Source: a virus | Lineage: Duplodnaviria > Caudoviricetes | Virus record (IMG/VR): IMGVR_UViG_3300032130_000015 | Location: 1 to 29,817 of that record | Length of the DNA: 29,817 nucleotides | Reading direction: 5' to 3' (one strand) | In this document: positions 17,812-25,011 of the stretch, one piece after another | Layout: each line of letters starts with the position of its first letter | How positions within the stretch are numbered: the stretch's first letter is position 1 | Program-made: the position numbers and the translations under genes | The notes under the pieces: generated by a model | What the model saw: only the letters and a program-made list of their open reading frames with translations | Told to the model about the DNA's origin: nothing | The model's database searches: none

Positions 17812-19246
17812 GCTTCAACCCCCTTCTTAATCTGATGTACTGCTCGGCGAGTGCGGTCGGCGCCGCGCCGGCACCCATGCCCGCCGAGGTCCGCTCGAGC
17901 GCGCTCCGCTGATTCTCTTCGGTCAGCTCAGAGGTCACCCCGATCCGCTGTCGGATCGCTGACTCGAGCTCGTCGTCGGGTGTCAGCAGTCCGCCGGTAA
18001 CCAGCGCCGGCAGGTTGATGAGAGACTCGGCCAGCTGATCCGAGTCGAGCCCGGTGTGAACCAGCCGAGGCAATTGGGCCGGCCGGATGTGAGCACCAAA
18101 ATTGAACCGGGCGAGCCGGCCGATGGTGCCCCCTCCGGCCCGGTCGGGTCCGCTGACCGCGTTCGAGACTGTGTCGAGTAGATTGACACAGGATCTTCTG
18201 AAGAGGTTGGCGTGAACCTCGCCGACCGACCTCGACCCGGTGTCGGTGACTCCGAGGTTGATCATCTGAGTCATCATCGACGTCGCGATCTGGGTGTCAC
18301 ACATGGCGATAGCCGCCTCGACCCCTCCGACGTTCAACTCGCCCGAGGCTCCATAGCTCTCGAAGGAGACGACGGCGCTCGGCTCGACCAGGTAGGATGA
18401 CTCGGCCGAGACGTAGGCGAGGGCCTGAGACTCGGCCTGGTCGATCAACGCTTCGACCTGTTCTTGGTTGTACCCTCCGGCTTCAGCTGCCTCGCGATTC
18501 ACCTTGACCACTGGGGTCGGCACCGCCCAACGTTCGACCCCGATCTGAAGTAGATTCGAGATCCGCTGCTTGGATCGGTAGTGCCAATAGGCCGGCCGGA
18601 GTAGGCCGCACCCTTCGAAGTTGGCGCCCTCGCGGCCATGGGTGAGGAGAAGAAGCTTGTTCGCCGGGATAGGGTCGGGTGGTTCGGCGGTGCCGGTCAG
18701 CCGTTGCTGAACACCGTCAAGGGTCTGGCCATCTCTCGACAGCCACTTGAGGTGAGCTGCCGGGATTCGGTCGGCGTACCGCTCGAGCCAGACCCGGCCG
18801 CCGTCTTCGCCGTGACCGTATCTGTAAAGCTCTTCGGCATATCTATATCCATATGGGATATACTCGAGCAGGTAATCAAGCTGAGCTTCCCAGCTCACCG
18901 ACATCTCGCCGGGATAGCCAGCGAACCCGAAGGACTGGTTGGCATAGTCGGCGACTTGCCGAGAGACCGGGTCGGCCTCGTCGCCTGGTATCCATTCCCA
19001 ATCGGCCGAGAGCAGGGTCTGCTTGATGAGCCGCCAGCTGACGGCGACCATCGGATCAGTCCGAAGCATCGATTGGCATTCAGTGATCCAGTTAACCCCG
19101 ATGACCTCGGGGTTCTGCTCGATCCCAGAGATCCGGCCGCCCGAGAGTACGGTGCCTCGATTACCCCTCACCCGATAGTTCGGATGTTCGGCCGGCAGGT
19201 AGGGCGCGATCCGTGGTTTCCGCTTGAAGTAATCGAAGAATCCCAT
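17795..19246 (-). CDS. Portal protein (Mu gp29 / DUF935-like)
   Basis: MLRTDPMV...GYRYAEELY...NFEGCGLLRPAYW...ERWAVPTPV...GSRSVGEVH match the DUF935 portal pattern. The start is uncertain (ATG 19246 or TTG 19270). Confidence 0.9.
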   Translation of the reverse strand: MGFFDYFKRKPRIAPYLPAEHPNYRVRGNRGTVLSGGRISGIEQNPEVIGVNWITECQSMLRTDPMVAVSWRLIKQTLLSADWEWIPGDEADPVSRQVADYANQSFGFAGYPGEMSVSWEAQLDYLLEYIPYGYRYAEELYRYGHGEDGGRVWLERYADRIPAAHLKWLSRDGQTLDGVQQRLTGTAEPPDPIPANKLLLLTHGREGANFEGCGLLRPAYWHYRSKQRISNLLQIGVERWAVPTPVVKVNREAAEAGGYNQEQVEALIDQAESQALAYVSAESSYLVEPSAVVSFESYGASGELNVGGVEAAIAMCDTQIATSMMTQMINLGVTDTGSRSVGEVHANLFRRSCVNLLDTVSNAVSGPDRAGGGTIGRLARFNFGAHIRPAQLPRLVHTGLDSDQLAESLINLPALVTGGLLTPDDELESAIRQRIGVTSELTEENQRSALERTSAGMGAGAAPTALAEQYIRLRRGLKHASTK

Positions 19247-19288
19247 TGATGCGCCGTTCAGTTTTGCCAAGGGTTGTCAACCATCTTG

Positions 19289-19297
19289 TGATATAAT
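19289..19297 (+). promoter_or_regulatory. Extended -10 promoter for the plus-strand membrane protein pair
   Basis: Perfect TGnTATAAT (tgatataat) about 50 nt upstream of ATG 19349. Confidence 0.55.
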
Positions 19298-19323
19298 ATA
19301 TAAATATTTTTTCAGTAGTTCAA
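19295..19323 (-). promoter_or_regulatory. Sigma70-like promoter for the virion operon
   Basis: Minus strand TTGAAC (19323-19318), 17 nt, TATATT (19300-19295), in an AT-rich island just upstream of the portal. Confidence 0.6.
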
Positions 19324-19348
19324 TCCATTTGTTGACGAGAGGTTTATA

Positions 19349-19759
19349 ATGATCTTCCGATCCATCATCATCGCCCTCTTTCTCATGCCGATCTCGGCAT
19401 CGGCTGACCCGCCCATTCCCCCCGAAGGTCGGACCGAGATCAGCTCGCCCGCCGAGGCTTTCGACCTCGCGACCTTGATGGTCAACGCCTTCCGGAAGAA
19501 GAAGTATGGGGTAGCCACTGGCCTCTTCCTTATGCTCTTAGTCTTCGGCGCCCGTCGACTCAAAGCCTTCCGGAATGTACCGGCCGAATACACCCCATGG
19601 ATCGCGCCGGCACTTGGGATCTTGTTTAGCATTGGCACGGTCTTCGCCGCGGGTCGGCCGCCGGTCACAGCCATCACTCACGGGTTTGTGCTCGGCGCCG
19701 CCGCGGTCGGTCTCTGGGAGATGGTCGGCCGTTACTTCCTGCCGCCTCCGAGGGGATAG
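19349..19759 (+). CDS. Holin-like membrane protein with N-terminal signal-peptide-like segment
   Basis: GAGAGG SD; MIFRSIIIALFLMPISASA|D; three hydrophobic helices; C-terminal GFVLGAAAVGLWE resembles the G-x-x-A-x-G-L-(Y/W)-E ending of several holin families. Confidence 0.6.
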   Translation: MIFRSIIIALFLMPISASADPPIPPEGRTEISSPAEAFDLATLMVNAFRKKKYGVATGLFLMLLVFGARRLKAFRNVPAEYTPWIAPALGILFSIGTVFAAGRPPVTAITHGFVLGAAAVGLWEMVGRYFLPPPRG

Positions 19760-19760
19760 C

Positions 19761-20180
19761 ATGCCGATTGTGAACTCTGAGGACACTATCGCTGAACCGG
19801 TCCGGCCGTTGAGCACAAGCCACCGGGCCGCCTTGATCACTGCGGTCATCACCGGCGTCTTTGGGTCACTCCAATCGATGCAAGGTGCCGACGCCGACCG
19901 CACCGCCGAACGCTTCGACGCGACTCGGGGTCAGCTCGCCGAGACCTATGACACCCTCGCGGCGAATCAGAACGTGATCGGTGAGGCGCTGACCGAGTTG
20001 AGCCGGCGCAACAATGCCTTGAAGAAGCGAGTACTCGAGCTCGAACGGACCATCAAGCGCCTCGAGGTTGGCGTCGATGATGACACCCCCCTCATCCTCT
20101 TCGAGTCGACCCGCCGACCGATCAAGGTCTCTCCCCTTCCGACCGTCCGCCCGCTCCTTCGACCTGAAGTTGAAGAGTAG
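19761..20180 (+). CDS. Membrane-anchored coiled-coil protein (spanin-like or lysis accessory; 139 aa)
   Basis: GAGGGG SD and ATG 19761, 1 nt after the holin stop; hydrophobic AALITAVITGVFGSL, heptad coiled coil and Pro-rich C-terminus. Confidence 0.55.
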   Translation: MPIVNSEDTIAEPVRPLSTSHRAALITAVITGVFGSLQSMQGADADRTAERFDATRGQLAETYDTLAANQNVIGEALTELSRRNNALKKRVLELERTIKRLEVGVDDDTPLILFESTRRPIKVSPLPTVRPLLRPEVEE

Positions 20181-20210
20181 GGAGCCCACCCCTTCAAAGC
20201 TCGCCCCGAG

Positions 20211-20509
20211 GTTAACCGAGGAATAGGGCTATAGTCTTAAGACGATCCGACCACTCGTCACCGGACAAAGTCAGGGCATGCCGACACGACTCTATCGAGA
20301 TTCCTTTCTTGGTTAACGTGCCGGCCCGCCCGTGACGCGTGTGTCTAGATCTTCGACGAAAGGTGGACACATGTCCACCTTTTCAAATAGGAAGTCGCTT
20401 CCGGTTTAGGCGTGATCGCCTAGCCTCCTAAATAAAGTGGGGGGGCACGCGCCCCCCCGAGCCGACCGACCGTTCATTCAGGCTGAGAGTGTTCGGCCTG
20501 CCGGCGGCA
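20211..20509 (+). ncRNA. Candidate structured RNA / hairpin array in a convergent intergenic region (includes likely terminators)
   Basis: 13-bp closing stem 20211-20223/20305-20317 plus at least five further hairpins; the mismatches I found are G-U on the plus strand. RNA function is unproven. Confidence 0.4.
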
Positions 20510-20511
20510 AG

Positions 20512-20835
20512 TTAGATTAAGCGGCGAGACTTGGCGGCGAGCCAGACCGGCGAGCCCGGCACCGGCGGAGGTGTCGAGGTCATCCGCGACCAAGCCATCC
20601 GCCAAACGATTGACCCGACCGAGCTCGGGTCGGCCGGTAGGCTGGCTCGACACCCGACCCGATCAACCAGTCGGTCGACCCGGCGCCGAAGGTCGTCGCG
20701 AGCTGCCGAGACCACGCGGCCCGGGCCGAAGAGCTCGACCGAGAGCGACGGTCGAAAGGGTATGAGGTTCGACCTGACTGGCTCCGGCGTTGGCTCGGGG
20801 TCAGGGTCTCGATAGTCGAATAGGTTTAGTTGCAT
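20512..20835 (-). CDS. Hypothetical protein (107 aa) starting with a QLNLF clamp-binding-like motif
   Basis: GGGGAG SD before ATG 20835; MQLNLFDYRDPDPEP... Confidence 0.6.
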   Translation of the reverse strand: MQLNLFDYRDPDPEPTPEPVRSNLIPFRPSLSVELFGPGRVVSAARDDLRRRVDRLVDRVGCRASLPADPSSVGSIVWRMAWSRMTSTPPPVPGSPVWLAAKSRRLI

Positions 20836-21304
20836 TGAGTCTCCCCAGCTCATGCTCGATCAGTTTGAGGTAGGTCCGGATCACCCGCCGGGCGTAGTCG
20901 CCGCCGACCCCTTCACAGCTTCCCCTCGGCCCGGCGTTGTACCTCGCCGCGCCGTCACAATGGCCGTAGTCCCTCACCAGCCAATCGGCGATCATCGCCC
21001 CGCTCTCCCGAAGATGGCAGTCGCCGCAAGCTGAATATTTCCGGTAGGTCTGCATCGACGACCTTGCCCCCTTCGACGAGACCTTGTCTGGGTTGAGACC
21101 CGACTCGACCACCCCAGTCGCGATCACCCAATGGACGTCGAGACCTCGACGCTTGGCTATCCGATAGAGTCGGGTGCACTCGGCGACCGACCGGCCCAAA
21201 GAGTTCAGCGCCCACTTAGTTTGATAGGTGGATGACTGATCGGTGACCGACTTGCCCGCGTGAACCTCGAAGCTGAGGAAGGCGGCCAGTAGACATAGGC
21301 TCAT
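20801..21304 (-). CDS. SLT-domain lytic transglycosylase with N-terminal signal/SAR-like segment (167 aa)
   Basis: VESGLNPDKVSSKGARSSMQ (catalytic ES and GAxGLMQ-like motif) and ARYNAG. The true start is ATG 21304 (TGATG with the ssb stop), giving MSLCLLAAFLSFEVHA. Confidence 0.85.
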   Translation of the reverse strand: MSLCLLAAFLSFEVHAGKSVTDQSSTYQTKWALNSLGRSVAECTRLYRIAKRRGLDVHWVIATGVVESGLNPDKVSSKGARSSMQTYRKYSACGDCHLRESGAMIADWLVRDYGHCDGAARYNAGPRGSCEGVGGDYARRVIRTYLKLIEHELGRLNATKPIRLSRP

Positions 21305-21867
21305 CAAAATGGGATCGGGTCGTCGCCGGTCGGTTGGGCGACATGACTCGTCTTGTGTTGGATCGGAGGTTGGGCCGGTGGCTGAGGTTGGGTCCATCCG
21401 CCTTGATTGGGCGGAGGCTGACCCCATCCGCCTTGATTGGGTTGGGCCGGTGGCTGAGGTTGGGTCGGTGGCTGAGGTTGGGCCGGTGGCTGAGCCTGAC
21501 CCCATCCACCTTGATCGGGTTGGGCCTGACCCCAGCTGCCTCGACTGGGTTGGCCGCCTTCCCTCCGAGGTGAGAGCTTCTTCATCTCCCTCATCTTGAT
21601 CCGCGCGTACTTCTTCCCTTCATACTCATTATACTCGAGCGCCCCCTCGACCAAGGCTCGGTCACCCTTCGCCAGGATCTGAAGGCATACGTCGCCCAAC
21701 TTCCCCCAGGCGGTGCACTCATGCCACTGGGTCTCTTCCTTGTCTTCACCTTCATTCGACCGCCAACGCTCCGAGGTGGCGACCGAGAAGGTGACCGGCC
21801 CGCGGTCGCCGCCCTTCCGTTCAGGGTCCCGCCCGAGGTTGCCGACTATCACGATCTTGTTATACAT
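21304..21867 (-). CDS. ssb: Single-stranded DNA-binding protein
   Basis: MYNKIVIVGNLGRDPE...FSVATSERW...ETQWHECTAWGKL...KGDRALVEGAL OB fold, P/Q/G linker and acidic DDPIPF tip; GAGG SD before ATG 21867. Confidence 0.96.
   Translation of the reverse strand: MYNKIVIVGNLGRDPERKGGDRGPVTFSVATSERWRSNEGEDKEETQWHECTAWGKLGDVCLQILAKGDRALVEGALEYNEYEGKKYARIKMREMKKLSPRREGGQPSRGSWGQAQPDQGGWGQAQPPAQPQPPTQPQPPAQPNQGGWGQPPPNQGGWTQPQPPAQPPIQHKTSHVAQPTGDDPIPF
21366..21535. repeat. In-frame tandem/interspersed repeats in the SSB linker
   Basis: An 18-nt unit ggttgggYcggtggctga occurs four times and ccatccRccttgat three times; they encode QPP(A/T)QP and QGGW(G/T)Q. Confidence 0.9.
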
Positions 21868-22024
21868 TCTCGCCTCGATTCTTCGGTAGTGTCTGATCAT
21901 GTATCCACCGACTCGCCGCGGTCGCCCGGGTCTTTGACCCTAGGCAAAGAATCCAGTAGGCGATCTCGCTGATCGGGTGTCCGATCAGATTATGGACCGG
22001 CCAATTCCTCCATAGAATACTCAT
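21860..22024 (-). CDS. Small hypothetical protein (54 aa), absent from the ORF track
   Basis: MSILWRNWPVHNLIGHPISEIAYWILCLGSKTRATAASRWIHDQTLPKNRGENV; TAATG-coupled to the terL stop, and its stop overlaps the ssb start (ATGTATAA), exactly filling the gap. Confidence 0.8.
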   Translation of the reverse strand: MSILWRNWPVHNLIGHPISEIAYWILCLGSKTRATAASRWIHDQTLPKNRGENV

Positions 22025-23361
22025 TAAAATCTTGTCCTTAGTTTGATCGACCCCTTACGAGATCGGTGAGTTAGGGGTTGAACCTCAGCACCCCAATGGT
22101 AATGAATGCAGTCGTATCTAAGGGCATCGAGCACATGCTCGGAGCCGTCCTTGATTGGCTTGAGCCCGGTGCCATCCCAACGGTACCCTTCGAGCGCTCG
22201 CCTGAATGATGTTCGACGCCCGACCCCCTCGTCATAAAATTGACGGGTGACCACGTACTTCCGATGATGGAAGGCGCGCTTCAATCGCTGAACCCCGTTG
22301 ACGATGTCGACCCGGGTCGCGTCGGTCGTCGTTCGGATCGGCAGTCCGATCCCATCTGGCGCCGGCCGCCTCATCTCTTGGATGGATGAGGTCAGGGTCC
22401 GGTCGGATCGTTGATGGCCGGCTTTGTCGCCGACCGCTTCATCGAGCCAGATCCGATCATCGTCGGCGAGCTCGGCTGACCCCCTCGGCCATGCCTTGGC
22501 GAGGATGGCCTCGATGAACTGATCAAGGGTGACGTCTCGAGGTGCGACCTCGTCGAAGATGACATCGACCCCGAGCTCGGGATCGTGGGCGATGAAGACG
22601 GCGCAAGGTTGCCTCAAGCCAAAGTCGATGGCGACCCGGGTCTTGAGCTCGGGTCGGTACTGCCAACCGTCGACGATGTTCGCCTCGCCGAACTCCTGAT
22701 ACACCGACCCGCTCGGAGGCTTGGGCCGGTTCATGATCATCGAGTCGTACTCGTCAGGGGTCAACGTCGCCCGAGCAGTCTCGAACCATTCCGGCGAGAG
22801 ATGAGGGTTCGCCCGAGATGTATAGAAGATCGGCCGGCACCCGGCACCCTCGGCCATATCGACCCACCAACAAGGCGCGACCGGCAGACCGGCGATCACC
22901 ATGCATGGATCACCCGTCCGGATTCTGCCGATTGCCTTGGTCGCCGCTTCCCTCGGGATACATTGGGCCTCGTCGATGATGACCAACCCCGAGGAGATGT
23001 TGAGCCCCTCGAGTGGGTTGTGACTCGAAGACCGGGTCGATGGTCGGAAGTAGGATCTGACCCAAAGCGAATGACCGTTCGGCGCGATCCATCTCTTGTC
23101 GGTCGCCTCCCAACTCCATCGACTCAGGTATTCCTCACTGGTCGCCCACTTCTCGATCTCCGGATGATGGACCGATCTGTACCGGTCGGCGGTGTCGGTG
23201 ATGAGTAGCGAGCTCCGATCTGGATACTGCCGACCATTGACCAACGCCGCGAAGACGAGCGCCGAGGTCTTCGACGCACCCCAGCCGGCCCGGATCGCGA
23301 TGACCCGATCTCGGCGAAGCATCGCCCGGACCACTTCGGCTTGAAGCTCAGTCGGTCTCAT
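22024..23361 (-). CDS. terL: Terminase large subunit
   Basis: Q-motif PTELQ, Walker A RAGWGASKT, Walker B LVIIDEA, nuclease AIDFG...VIFDE...HVLDALRY. Start ATG 23361 (TTG 23370 is an alternative). Confidence 0.95.
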   Translation of the reverse strand: MRPTELQAEVVRAMLRRDRVIAIRAGWGASKTSALVFAALVNGRQYPDRSSLLITDTADRYRSVHHPEIEKWATSEEYLSRWSWEATDKRWIAPNGHSLWVRSYFRPSTRSSSHNPLEGLNISSGLVIIDEAQCIPREAATKAIGRIRTGDPCMVIAGLPVAPCWWVDMAEGAGCRPIFYTSRANPHLSPEWFETARATLTPDEYDSMIMNRPKPPSGSVYQEFGEANIVDGWQYRPELKTRVAIDFGLRQPCAVFIAHDPELGVDVIFDEVAPRDVTLDQFIEAILAKAWPRGSAELADDDRIWLDEAVGDKAGHQRSDRTLTSSIQEMRRPAPDGIGLPIRTTTDATRVDIVNGVQRLKRAFHHRKYVVTRQFYDEGVGRRTSFRRALEGYRWDGTGLKPIKDGSEHVLDALRYDCIHYHWGAEVQPLTHRSRKGSIKLRTRF

Positions 23362-23827
23362 CGGCCTCAAGCACCTCGGCCTCGCCGGTCATCAACCCCT
23401 TGACCCGGCGGTCGGTGATCTGCCCTTGACTCTGAAGTGAGTGACCGACGATCTCGGCTGCCAGGTCAAGAGGCTCTTCGGCGACCGTCGTCTCGATTTG
23501 GTGACGGCCGGTCGAGAAGTATTGTGGGTAATAGCACTTGAGCGCATCGAGTGCCAGCCGGCCGGCGATGTTCGGATCGGCCTCGTTGATCGCCTCAAGT
23601 ACTCGAGATGTTAAGAGGTAGACGACCCCGGCCGTCGCCTGCTCGACATCGTTGAAGATGTCTTCATAGGCTGGGTCGCCGGCCCGACCCTTCGCCATCC
23701 ACTTCTTGAAGGTCGTCGGGGGAATGCCCGCGATCCGGCAGGCGAGGGTCGGCGGCGTGCCGGTCTCGCATGCCCTCAAGAGTAAGGTCCGCTTCTCGGG
23801 CGTCAAGGTCTTCGGTCCGGGCTTCAT
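23348..23827 (-). CDS. terS: Terminase small subunit (N-terminal HTH)
   Basis: LTPEKR...LACRIAGIPPTTFKKWMAKG HTH followed by helices; directly upstream of and overlapping terL. Confidence 0.8.
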   Translation of the reverse strand: MKPGPKTLTPEKRTLLLRACETGTPPTLACRIAGIPPTTFKKWMAKGRAGDPAYEDIFNDVEQATAGVVYLLTSRVLEAINEADPNIAGRLALDALKCYYPQYFSTGRHQIETTVAEEPLDLAAEIVGHSLQSQGQITDRRVKGLMTGEAEVLEADETD

Positions 23828-25008
23828 ACTTCCCTCGCGGAGGGTACCACCTGTTCAGGGCAGATGTGATCGATGATGTCGGCGATGTTCCTCGCGTGCT
23901 CCCAGCCAACTGAATGCCATTCACTTGACGGCACCTTCGGAAGAGCCCGAAAGGGTACCCAACACATTCGGCCATCGACGCAGACGAATGCGACGAGGAT
24001 CTCCTTCGGCGAGTGTGCCGCCCATAGTCGGAGGGTGTCATACTCTGCTTCATTCAGGCCCGGCCCATTCGGATGCCATCGGCTTCGAGTCTTGACCTCG
24101 ACCTCGACGTCGGCGGCCGGGTCGCCGCTCACCTGAATGAGGAAGTCTGGACAGCTGATCCTGTACGACGTGCCCGGCCGGGTCAGATCGGCCTTAACCC
24201 CTCGGCCATCTCCGGATAGACCGACGTGTCGGATCAGTAGGCTGACCCCCGCCCGTTCGGCGACGTGGATCAGCGCTGACCGAAAGGCAAGCTCACCCCT
24301 CGAGCCCATATCTTTGCGGGTCTCGAACTCGTTTGGCGGGCTGAAGTCGAAGGCCGGCTGATCGGCCAGTTGGGTCGGTTCGGCGAGCTGGGTCGGTTCG
24401 ACGAGTTCGGCATAGGCTCGGCTCATCTTGATTTGATGAAGTCGAGCGGCGTAGGCTTCGACCGCCTCAAAGTATCTGGTCGTCTCTCCGAATGGCATCG
24501 ACTCGCCATCGTCATACCCAAGGGCGGGCCATAGGTCATCGCCCTTTTCATTCGCCTCGAGGATCTCAAGCCACTGATCAAACATGAGGCCAGGTCTGTC
24601 ATAGAGTCGGAGCTGATCCCATCGGAGATCATCGGCGTCGACGACCCTCGGGTGGTTCCTGATCCACTCGATCAGATCTGTCCGATGGACACCGACCCGG
24701 ATCGACTTGGCAAGTAGGCACTTCCCGACCCGGGTCGATGGCCGCCCCTGGGCAGTCCATCCCTTCCGCCATGCCTGAGACATGATCTCGACATAGATGT
24801 CATCAGTGAACCCAGGGGTCGAGTAAGGTAGCGCCAAGTATGGCCGGAGGTGTTGCCATCCTTTCATCCTGTCGATCAGCCGGATGACGGTGGCCTTAGC
24901 TATCGCCCCGTCATCGGTCACCGGCTCACGCTCTCTGAACCCCCATTCATGCACCATCCCCTTGCCGAAGAGGCTGATGTCGGCTCGGCTGACTTTGCTA
25001 ACTGGCAT
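23824..25008 (-). CDS. Protein with unknown N-terminal domain and C-terminal PD-(D/E)xK nuclease domain (394 aa)
   Basis: GSRGELAF (helix E)...CPDFLIQV...VEVEVKTR; AAGGAG SD; ATGA overlap with terS. Confidence 0.7.
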   Translation of the reverse strand: MPVSKVSRADISLFGKGMVHEWGFREREPVTDDGAIAKATVIRLIDRMKGWQHLRPYLALPYSTPGFTDDIYVEIMSQAWRKGWTAQGRPSTRVGKCLLAKSIRVGVHRTDLIEWIRNHPRVVDADDLRWDQLRLYDRPGLMFDQWLEILEANEKGDDLWPALGYDDGESMPFGETTRYFEAVEAYAARLHQIKMSRAYAELVEPTQLAEPTQLADQPAFDFSPPNEFETRKDMGSRGELAFRSALIHVAERAGVSLLIRHVGLSGDGRGVKADLTRPGTSYRISCPDFLIQVSGDPAADVEVEVKTRSRWHPNGPGLNEAEYDTLRLWAAHSPKEILVAFVCVDGRMCWVPFRALPKVPSSEWHSVGWEHARNIADIIDHICPEQVVPSAREV

Positions 25009-25011
25009 TGG

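Noticed and set aside
16393-19246. Transposable (Mu-like) phage call
   Set aside because: Only the head genes are Mu-like. No DDE transposase, MuB, Mor or Mu-type ends are seen in the window, and a primase-helicase is present.
19332-19350. TTGACG...TATAAT as a promoter
   Set aside because: The spacing is only 7 nt and the TATAAT overlaps the start codon; the segment is better read as SD (GAGAGG) plus ATG.
19575-19760. Longer 201-aa version of the coiled-coil ORF overlapping the holin
   Set aside because: The extension is low-complexity alternate-frame sequence; a good SD and ATG sit at 19761 directly after the holin stop.
20359-20382. 24-bp palindrome as a protelomerase (telRL) site or tRNA part
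   Set aside because: It is shorter than known tel palindromes, has an asymmetric centre, and no protelomerase is in the window. No tRNA T-loop or cloverleaf was found. It is retained only as part of the hairpin array.
21305-21505. Repeat-rich N-terminal extension of the SLT ORF (track start 21505)
   Set aside because: It is the alternate frame of the SSB linker repeats. The TGATG-coupled ATG at 21304 gives a clean signal-peptide start.
23265-23293. TerL Walker A GWGASKT as an inactivating mutation
   Set aside because: Terminase Walker A motifs are often deviant (S/A before K). The Lys-Thr, Walker B and nuclease acidic residues are intact.
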